NCBI GenBank assembly: GCA_951406725.2
Contig: OX597824.1
Span: 91,698,001 to 91,762,000 of the forward strand
Direction of reading: 5' to 3'
Length of the DNA stretch: 64,000 nt
Source: Octopus vulgaris
Taxonomy: Eukaryota
Numbering within the stretch: the stretch's first letter is position 1; every line of letters starts with the position of its first letter. The notes below the pieces were generated by a model, which saw only the letters and a list, made by a program, of their open reading frames with translations, ran no database searches and was not told the DNA's origin. Positions 53,618 to 64,000 of this stretch are shown here, in pieces. Position numbers and translations under genes: made by a program.

Positions 53618-54260
53618 GTCTCTGTGTGTGAGTGTGCGTGTATATCTATATGATTGTATGATAATACATGTATGCAAATATTACATATATATTTATATAT
53701 ATATGTATACATATACAGACACACACGCATTTGTGTGTGTGTGAGTAAGTGTGTGTATATATTGAGAGATGTGATACACATCTTATATAACATTCTTTGA
53801 AGTTCGTTCTGTGGACTGCCATTTACAATAGCCTTCCCATCTCTTGCGGCATGGACAATATTTATGGCTGTATACATTATATATATGCGCACAAACACAT
53901 GGACTCACACTTATATATAATATCCAGTGTGTCGCGGTTAATATGTTCCTATGTCACAACAATGCATACATTATGTATGTATAACCGTACGTGTGTGTGT
54001 CTTTGTGTGTGTATATTTGTATGCATAACAGTTTTGTTTATAAGCAGTGTCGATGTCGCAAGAAAGAACTAGAGTTTTGCTAATCAGAAACTCGGCTGAC
54101 TTCAAAGGATTATAGACGTTATTCACACACACACGCACACACACACACACGCACACACACACACATATGCACACACTCGCACACTCTAGCATAACCCCTC
54201 ACACGCAAACACACAAAGACTCCTATACCTCACACATACACACATGTATATATGTACATA

Positions 54261-54299
<39 letters not shown>

Positions 54300-54330
54300 T
54301 TGCTTGTGAATATATATATATGTAAATATA

Positions 54331-54375
<45 letters not shown>

Positions 54376-54392
54376 GTATGTATATATATATG

Positions 54393-54423
<31 letters not shown>

Positions 54424-55044
54424 GTATATATATATATATATATATATGTATATGTATCTACATATATGTATATATATATATATATATATATTTATATCTA
54501 TCTATCTATATATATATATATATATATATAAACACACACACCATATATACATTTGTATGTGTATGTGTGTGTGTGTGCGTGCATGCCTCTGTGTGTGTGT
54601 GTGTTTGTATATGTGATAAAGCTTTTGATCTAAACACGTATAATGAAGCGGATGGTGAAGATACAGATCTTATATTTATTTTTTTAAAGAAAACGTTTTC
54701 CCCTCTCGTGCCCCTTTATGTCGTGTTTAGAACAATACATCTTTGTAGATCATGCAACGTTTCGAGAAATCCTTGTATTGTCTACATAAAACGTTCTTGG
54801 TAGAAGAAATATTTGGTATTACCATCTTGTTTAAAGGTGTGAATCATGTGCCGCCTTTTCATTTAAAAAAAAGCTAGATTCTTTTTTCCTTCTCCCTGAA
54901 CATGAATCGGAAAATAGTTTTGTTGTGCTCTGTACTGTAGTTTGTTTTTCGACAACTGTTTCTGTCGTGTTATAGGTTTTTATTATAAATAAAGATTTCC
55001 GGTCATTCATTTATTTTGTTCTTATTGCTTTTGCATATCGCATT

Positions 55045-55260
55045 GGTTTCATATATTGGCACATGACCAGTAATTTTGAGTTAGGGACCCAGTCGATTAC
55101 ATCGACTCCAGTGTTCAACTCATACTTATTTTATCGATCCCGAAAGGGATGAACGCCAAAATAGACCTCAGCGGAATTTTAACTGAAAACCAAAAGACGG
55201 ACGAAATGCCGCTAAGCATTTTGCCTGGCGCGGTAACGATTCTGTCTTTTTGCTGCCTTT
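55045..55260 (-). mobile_element. SINE family B-related remnant
   Basis: agtcgattacatcgac...cccgaaagggatgaa...gacgaaatgccgctaagcatttt. Confidence 0.75.
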
Positions 55261-57227
55261 TTTGCTTGTTATGTTAAGAGTTTCATAGATGTTTTTATAA
55301 GTAATGTTTTTATATATAATTCTTGTTTTGCCTTTATATTACTTTCTAGTAGAGCTGGAAAGTTGTATAAATTACTCCGAGTTATGACAATACTGTTGTA
55401 TTATTGCTGATAATAAAATCTAATACAGAATTATTTGATGTCACCTATCCTTTAAGGAAAATACTAGGACATAATATGTACGCCCGGTATAAGGAAACCG
55501 AAAACGGGTCGTGAATTTCGTTCGTAGTACAGACTACAAGTGTCCAAAAATACGCACCCCTCCGCAGGTTATAACTCACTGGAAATAGTTAATTTATGTA
55601 CTACAGGAACTTTCTCTCTCCTTTCTCATTCTATCGCTGAACGTCAAAATAATCAATGAAGAAAAAGAAAAAAAAAACCCGAAAAATTCATATTTCTTGT
55701 GTTATGTTTTCTAAACTAATTATTTCATGCTGTTAATTTCTAATAAGAATGAAATGGCGCAGTATATATATGTAATTACCCATGACTTGAAATTTTATAA
55801 TCTTCGTAATGAGTAAGCAAATATAAAAACAGAAAAGTCTAAATATGTATATTCTATGTACCTTCTTCATTGTTCTTCGATTTATAATTCAAATTTCAAA
55901 TCCTGCCGAGATTTTTTTCGAAATGATTATCTCCTTTACAATAACTGTCTGCCGGATAACACCAGTTGTTTGAAATACTCGGGCATAATTAGATGCATAA
56001 CGAACAACAACAGAGAGACTTCTATTTAAATGCTAGACACATGCCGAGCAACCGCAAAGACTCTTTCCTTCACCAATATAAATTCTCTTTCATCATTTTG
56101 TATATCATGTTATGCAATGGAACTGTTTGCGAGATTCATGTTCATCGTATCATATTCCGATGTCTAATCTAACGACTACTCATGAAGTTTGCAACTTTCC
56201 ATGTTTGTATACGAATTTCTAAATTATATTACTAATAAAAATGTATTCAACAACTTGCGTGATTCTGAAATGATTTTTGCCGTATACTTTTTTCTCTTTG
56301 CCTTATAATATATTATTCATGCTAATTTTTGATTGTGTGTGATGCATGTTGTGTTCAGCTTGATTAGTCTGTGCAATAACATGTTGATTTAATTCAAAGC
56401 TAGGGTTCATTCGGTTCGTTCGCTTCATGCAATATACTTAATGCGTGGCTGTTTAGTTTTACTAGAGGGGTGGTGGTGTCTCTTGCATTTATTGTGTTCA
56501 ATGTATTTCCTTTGTTTTCTAGTTTCGTCTACTAAATAATGTGCATACCCATTATTGAGTGGCAGTGGTGTCATTCCATTAATTTCGTTTTGTTTTCCTG
56601 CACTTGTGGAGTAAAATAACATAAAAAGGATAAAACCAATACAAAGCGTTTCCAACCTAGGGATTTTATAAATTACATTTTATATCTGTGTTGACATTAA
56701 CTGTCTCTACGCATGCATAGACATTTATTGTTTTGCTTTTAGTGTTCACAGATGTGATATATGTATTGGTTATTATTCCACCGTTTACACTTACAAATGG
56801 TGGTTGTTGAGTCGCCTGAATATTTATCTAAACTAGGTTAGCTATTAGCATGTATCGAGTGATTTTACAGTTTGTTATCTTGTTCTTGTGTGTCAGTTAC
56901 AATGAATATATCATGCACATATAAGGTGTAATTTGCAAGTTTGTTTTTGCAATGAGTTTAACGACTCCAGACTCCATGCGGTTCTGAGCAGAGAACTCAT
57001 TAAGAATATTTGTTTAATAGTTGTTGATTAACTCCAGCTTGGCTTTCACACAGAAAACTAACTATCAACTAACTATTCCATTCATGATAATCCAGTTTAG
57101 TCTGAGTATTAAATATTGAATTGCATGTGATTTGCAAAATATTTAGCTGCTATTTCTAGATGGTCATTCAACACCAAAGAGGCTCCCTTGTAATCTCATT
57201 TGCAAATAGTTTGTTGGTGTTACGTAT

Positions 57228-57385
57228 AGGGGCAGTGTGGTAGAAAGCTTGCTTCCCAACCACGTGGTTCCTGGTTCAGTCTCACCGTATGGCAACTTGG
57301 ATAAGTGTATTCTTCCATAACTTTGGGCCGACCAAAGCCTTATGAATAGATTTAATAGTTGGAAACTGAAAGAAGCCCGTCGCAT
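57228..57385 (+). mobile_element. SINE family A, 5' half
   Basis: ggcagtgtggtagaaagcttgcttcccaaccac...ggaaactgaaagaagcccgtcg. Confidence 0.8.
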
Positions 57386-58541
57386 GTGTATATCACGGAC
57401 TCTTCGCGGACAAGGACACACTGATGTAGAACCTTCGGTTTCACGTGATTACTGGTCATCTTGTTTGTCACTTGGTACTAACCACGACGTATCAGAGAGT
57501 GGAACACGAGTTGTAAAAGCATTTATTACTATATTCCAATGAGGTACAAATGTCTCTTTATAGTGACCCCTTTTGTGAGCCGATCTACTGAACGTACCCT
57601 GGCAATGGAAAATGGTGACGTGTGTTGAGCTGACCGATTGCAATCGCACATTAAGTTAGGGCTTACGTCTGTCACTTATGCTTTAAAGCATGGAAATCAG
57701 CAGCGTCACCGAAGAGGTCATGGATGGAAAGTGAAATAGGCCATTGAGAAGGAGCAAGCACAAAAAGACGGCAATCGTCTTTGAAGATGGAGCAACAATC
57801 TACCCCTGGACGGGACGCTAGGTAGTCGCAGGATTAATCTTTGATGCCAGCTGAGCCGACTGGAGCGACGTGTAATGAAGTGTTTTTTCTCAAGAAAGAC
57901 AAAGCATCGCCCAGACCTGGAATCGAAACTAGCGTCTTACTATCGTGAACACAACATACTAAGCCATGTACCTCCTCACACACACACGTACACACACACA
58001 TACGCACACACGCGGACACATACTCAAACACATGTACGCATATACACTCTCACACACACATACATATACACATATTCACATATACATACATACGAATATA
58101 AGAATCTATGTATACGCGAGAAATATCTCGAAAAATAGGAATATATTTCTATATTTCTATATTTCTATGCTGGTTGCAATGTGGATTTGAATATATATTT
58201 TGGGGAATATCTCGGGATGAAATCACTGTCTTAGATTTAAAGAGATTTTCATTTTGAACGAAATCTCTAACAAGATTCATATTCTAATAAAATAGAAAGC
58301 CCCTTATGTACAAGAAACGCTGCTATCGTTCGTAGCATATATGTTAATTTACTTATATGCGAATACGAAGGAAATATCACCAGTCTAAGAAGGCGCGTTG
58401 ATGATATTAAGCTTAAGTGAATATAGGTAGGCGTACCGCCATATTAGGCGTGCGATATCTCTCACACTCTTTCAAACAAACATCACATGTGCACGCATAT
58501 ACACATGCATACAGACACACACACATGCGCGCACATATATG

Positions 58542-58613
<72 letters not shown>

Positions 58614-58784
58614 TATGCGTGTGTATACGCATATGTAACTGTACAATTAAGTTCCATGTACGTTATTTTTCTGTTATCTGGTTGATATTTGTAATGCTGT
58701 CAATGTGTGAAATACATACACACACACACATAATACGTACATAGTTATATACATACATGCATACACACACGTACATATGTATGT

Positions 58785-59267
<483 letters not shown>

Positions 59268-59525
59268 CGCTTTTACTTATTTCTCTCATTGGACTGCGAC
59301 CATGTTGGAGCACCGCCTTGAAGATTTTATTCGAACAGATCAGACCCAGTATTACTTTTGCGTGATTTAAAGCCTCTATCGGTTACTTTCCCGAACCTCT
59401 AGGTAATGGGGATGTAAAGAAACCAACATCGGCTGGCAATAGGTTGTGAAGGCCAAATACAAAGACATGCATATATAAGTATATAAATGCAGCTCTCTCT
59501 CTCACTCCGCGCTCTCTCTCCCTCA

Positions 59526-59583
<58 letters not shown>

Positions 59584-59796
59584 CACACACATACATACAT
59601 ACATATTTTCTATACACATGCATACTCTCTATAAGGAATGAAAACAGAATTGAGGTACGTAAGGATATTGTATTTGCAGTTCCATTATTTAATCAGAATG
59701 GTGTATCTATAAGTTTCCTGTACTTTATCATTCCTTCACTTCCCTCTATTTCATATCTTCTCTATAATAACTATTACTCATACATTTTCTCGCACC

Positions 59797-59844
59797 GTCT
59801 CTGATGAATGGATATATAAAATATCCCGGAAACAGCTGTAAGAC
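59797..59844 (+). ncRNA. Minimal type-I hammerhead ribozyme with palindromic stem III, in a pseudo-LTR-like repeat
   Basis: gtct CTGATGA atggatat-ataaa-atatcccg GAAA cagctg TA agac; flanks are homologous to the 40683-41212 arms. Confidence 0.82.
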
Positions 59845-60055
59845 CTTCTCTTTATAAATGTTCTGGAAACTTTCACAGCTTTGGATTTTTTGATCTCATT
59901 CTGTTAATTTTTATATATATGCATGCTAATATACGACCCACGTTGGACTCCTCATTCGTATCAGTATCGAACCTAGAGCTTAACTATAATTTGTCGATAG
60001 CACTTACTCAGCGTTACCCGATACCGTTGGGTCTTCTTCACACCAATAACTCTCA

Positions 60056-60146
<91 letters not shown>

Positions 60147-60148
<2 letters not shown>

Positions 60149-60560
60149 CGCAGGAGTGGCTGTGTGGTAAGTAGCTTGCTAACCAACCACATGGTCCCGG
60201 GTTCAGTCCCACTGCGTGGCATCTTAGGCAAGTGTCTTCTGCTATAGCCCCGGGCCGACCAATGCCTTGTGAGTGGATTTGGTAGACGGAAACTGAAAGA
60301 AGCCTGTCGTATATATGTATATATATATATGTATGTGTGTATGCGTGTGTGTATGTCTGTTTGTCCCCCTAGCATTGATTGACAACCGATGCTGGTGTGT
60401 TTACGTCCCCGTCACTTAGCTGTTCGGCAAAAAATCCCCGATAGAATAAGTACTGGGCTTACAAAGAATAAGTCCCAGGGTCGATTTGCTCGGCTAAAGG
60501 CGGTGCTGCAGCATGGCCGCAGTCAAATGACTGAAACAAGTAAAAGAGAGTAAAAAGAGT
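60147..60560 (+). mobile_element. SINE family A, full length, in (TA)n
   Basis: Complete head, body and tail. Confidence 0.92.
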
Positions 60561-60565
60561 ATATA

Positions 60566-60609
<44 letters not shown>

Positions 60610-60675
60610 TATATATATGTGTGTGTGTCTATGTCTATATGTATGTATGCATGTATGTATGTATGTATCTATATA

Positions 60676-61064
60676 CAGTAGAACCTCGCAGTACGAGTGC
60701 CTCACTGTACAAGTAATTTGCTGTACAAGCCGAGACTCATGCAAATTTTTGTCTCGAAGTACGACCGGTAATCCGCAGTACAAGCACACAAATTGTCCTA
60801 TCTTTAAGGTAGTTCAGTTAATAAAACCAGTTTACATATTTCTTTTGCATTCTCTTTTTTTTATAATTGTCATTTTACTTGTAACTACACGTTTTCTGTT
60901 TTAAAACCCCTCAAAAGTTATTTTTCAGTGGTTTTGTTGGGACTGGAACGAATTAGTCATATTTTAGTTAATTTCAATCAGGGAAAATTGATTTGTAAAA
61001 CGAGTAAATCGTAATACGAGCTCGGTCGTAGAATGAATTAAACTCGTACTGCGAAGTATCACTG
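60676..61064 (+). mobile_element. pogo/Tigger-like MITE, full length
   Basis: ta|cagtagaacctcgcagtacgagt ... actcgtactgcgaagtatcactg|ta: 23-bp TIR with 4 mismatches and TA TSD. Confidence 0.88.
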
Positions 61065-61249
61065 TATTTGTATGTATGTATAGGTATATGTATTTATAGG
61101 TATATGTATGTATGTTTAGGTATATGTATTTATCGTTGAATTTACTTGTATTCTCTCACATACAGTAAATTTTACTGAACCACGTATTACATTTATGCTC
61201 ATACGTGAAACATATTCTGCTTATGATGTTGCAAAATTGAGTTGCAAGC

Positions 61250-61303
<54 letters not shown>

Positions 61304-61677
61304 ATAATGCAAATTGGATGAGGAATACAATTCTTTGGAGAATAATATCACTATATTACAGCAATTCAAATAATGTTATCTCAGGTAAATGACAGAAACC
61401 ATACCAATAAGATTTGAATAACCAACGCCGTATCAAACAACAAACGAAGACGGAATAATAATTCCGAGTATTGCTCTAGTCATATAGTATAGAAAAATGA
61501 TCATATCTACTAAGCAACACAAAGAGACAATGGTTCGGGTTGTCAGATAAATTCGTTCGTTTCTTTCTTTTTTTTTTTTGTTTTTTGTTTTTCATATTTG
61601 TTACACATTCTTAGAAAGTAAAATGTATTTGAATTTCAAAATCGATAAATACAATTTGTAACTGAAGAGCAGAAGTA

Positions 61678-62150
61678 TTGGGTTGTCCGGAAAGTTCGTG
61701 CCCATTTATAGTAGCTTACCATTCGTCTTATTTTAGAACATGGTTGAATCCATAAAATAGGATTTGACTACACCTCCATTTAGAGCGCAGTTTAAGCTAT
61801 CTTTTCGTGGAAGAAGGTTTATGTTCCTATAACCTATTTCTTTATTACCCACAAGGGGCTAAACATAGAGGGGACAAACATGGACAGACATAGGTATTAA
61901 GTTGATTATATCGACCCCAGTGCTTAACTGGTACTTAATTTATCGACCCCGAAAAGATGAAAGGCAAAGTCGACCTCGGCGGAATTTGAACTCACAACGT
62001 AACGGCAGCCGAAATACCGCTAAGCATTTCGCCCGACGTGCTAACGATTCTGCTAGCTCGCCGCCTTATGTTCCTATAACCTGTGTTAATTCCTATAACC
62101 TGTGTTAATTCTGTAACCCTTTAAAATGGAAGATAAGAAAGTTCATTTTC
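61678..62150 (+). mobile_element. mariner element 5' end (TIR, leader, first codons), interrupted by a SINE
   Basis: ta|ttgggttgtccggaaagttcgtg resembles a mariner TIR; ATG at 62126 gives MEDKKVHF (~MENQKEHFRH-type N-terminus). Confidence 0.7.
61836..62065 (-). mobile_element. SINE family B monomer with perfect 17-bp TSD
   Basis: ttatgttcctataacct at 61819-61835 and 62066-62082. Confidence 0.92.
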
Positions 62151-62238
62151 TCGTCTGATCACCGAAGTTAAGCCAGATCTAGTCTAGTTAGTACTTAGAT
62201 GGGTGACCGTTTGGGAAATCTAGGTGGTGTTGGTGTTT
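62148..62238 (+). rRNA. 5S rRNA pseudogene/variant lacking the first ~30 nt
   Basis: ttctcgtctgatcaccgaagttaagc...gttagtactt.gatgggtgaccg..tgggaa...ggtg.tgttgg is collinear with invertebrate 5S rRNA, including box A and box C. Confidence 0.88.
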
Positions 62239-62247
62239 CACTTTATG

Positions 62248-62405
62248 CGGAGGCGAGGCTGTGTGGTAAGATGGCTACTTTTCAGCGACATGGTTCTGGG
62301 TAAAGTGCTATTGCATGGCACGTTTGGAAAGTGTCATCTACTATGGCCTTGGACTGACTAAAGCTTTGCGACTAGGTTAAGATAGATGGAAGATGAAAGA
62401 AGCCA

Positions 62406-62407
<2 letters not shown>
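62248..62407 (+). mobile_element. Diverged SINE family A, 5' half
   Basis: ggctgtgtggtaaga...catggttctggg...aagtgtc...gaaagaagcc. Confidence 0.7.
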
Positions 62408-62458
<51 letters not shown>

Positions 62459-62541
62459 GGTCCCGGGTTGATTCGGGGTTAACCACAGTAAATAAGGTAC
62501 TCAATACATAGCAGAGTAAAATTAATTTATTATATAGAAGG

Positions 62542-62592
62542 AGCTTCTACAGGACTAGAACTGTTTCATTCAAGAGAAATCTTCAGGAAGCT
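62542..62592 (-). ncRNA. Type-I hammerhead ribozyme motif
   Basis: Minus strand agcttc CTGAAGA tttc-tctt-gaat GAAA cag-ttctagtc-ctg TA gaagct: perfect 6-bp stem I, intact core, conventional stem III. Confidence 0.8.
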
Positions 62593-62811
62593 AGTTAACA
62601 AGAATTGTATTGGCATTTATACATTTAGGCAGGTTTAAAGGGGTGGTGGTGGGGGACTTTTTGGGGGTAGGCATAGCGCAAAAAAATCATACTTGGGGGA
62701 GTGGTCAAGGAGTCAGTGGTAAATTAGATAGAAGAATAAATAAAAGAATAAAAAAAAAGAGAATAAAAAAATATATAGAAGAATAGAGTTTTAGGTAAAT
62801 AAGGAAAATCT

Positions 62812-62888
62812 CACTTATACCTATACACATATGTATACATATATACACACACACACATATACATACTCACATACATACACACACACCC

Positions 62889-62921
<33 letters not shown>

Positions 62922-62942
62922 TACACATACATACATATATCT

Positions 62943-62981
<39 letters not shown>

Positions 62982-63228
62982 AATCTACATATACATACAC
63001 ATATACATGCATATACATATACACACACACATGTATATATACACACACACATGTATATATACACACACACACGACCACACATACACATATACACAAAAAA
63101 AATATATACATACACACACATACACATACACACATACACACACATATATCCACATACACACATGCACACACAACACACATGCACACACAACACACAAGTC
63201 CCTATATACTCATATATACTTATACACA

Positions 63229-63260
<32 letters not shown>

Positions 63261-63910
63261 CATACATATGTGTACCTATTCATACCTACACATACACACA
63301 TATATACATACAAATACAAACCCATTCCCTAATTTTTATTTTATTATCTTCATTTATTACTTTTGTTATCTTTGACCGCTGGTCACAAGCATCTTGGCTA
63401 CGACAACTAGTCCCTATTATCTTTCTACTTGAGCACAGGCACTCACTCACGCACGCACACTCGTTAGCACGCACACTCACTCATTCGTACACTCATACAC
63501 ATACACGAACGCACGCGTTATATTCATACATACATACATCTACATACATACACGTATATACACATACGTACGAGTACCTACAGATTCATGTCTACAATCT
63601 TAGAAGACTAGTCTATACATATACACCAATAAATATATATACACACATACATATACACCTACATACAAATACATACATACATATATATACACACACATAT
63701 ATACATGCACATACACACACACATATATATATATATATGTATATATATATATCTATATATATATATACATACATATCCGCATACATACATACATACATAC
63801 ACCCATACATACATACATATATACACACATACACACACCCACACGTATACATATACATACATATACGCGCATGCATACACATACAAATACATACACATAC
63901 ACATATACAT

Positions 63911-63943
<33 letters not shown>

Positions 63944-64000
63944 CACATACATACATATACATACATACATATACATATATACACACACATACATACATAC
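62812..64000. repeat. Degenerate (CA/TA/CATA) low-complexity region
   Basis: Direct read. Confidence 0.9.

Noticed and set aside
56425-56655. ORF with signal-peptide-like N-terminus
   Set aside because: Starts at TTG, is short and AT-rich, and has no splice or homology support.

Overview
AT-rich eukaryotic (animal) DNA packed with microsatellites and transposons. The abundant tRNA-derived SINEs and (TA)n/(CATA)n/(TATC)n tracts point to an octopus-like cephalopod genome (inference from sequence style, not a database hit). I found no convincing host protein-coding gene; almost all listed ORFs are microsatellite artefacts. Recognisable coding remnants are all mobile elements: DD37D/maT, rosa-like and mariner transposases, a Helitron helicase, R4/Dong, RTE, CR1 and possibly Tx1/L1 LINE pieces, and three Penelope-like (GIY-YIG) fragments, one with about 280 uninterrupted codons. 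Main finding: about ten type-I hammerhead ribozyme motifs from several sequence families, many with short palindromic stem III. Several sit in short non-coding inverted doublets that look like Penelope pseudo-LTR derivatives, often next to microsatellites. Also notable are a ~420 bp 28S rRNA fragment captured inside a SINE and a 5S rRNA variant with apparently compensatory substitutions fused to a mariner 5' end. Coordinates were counted by eye; boundaries of degraded elements are approximate.
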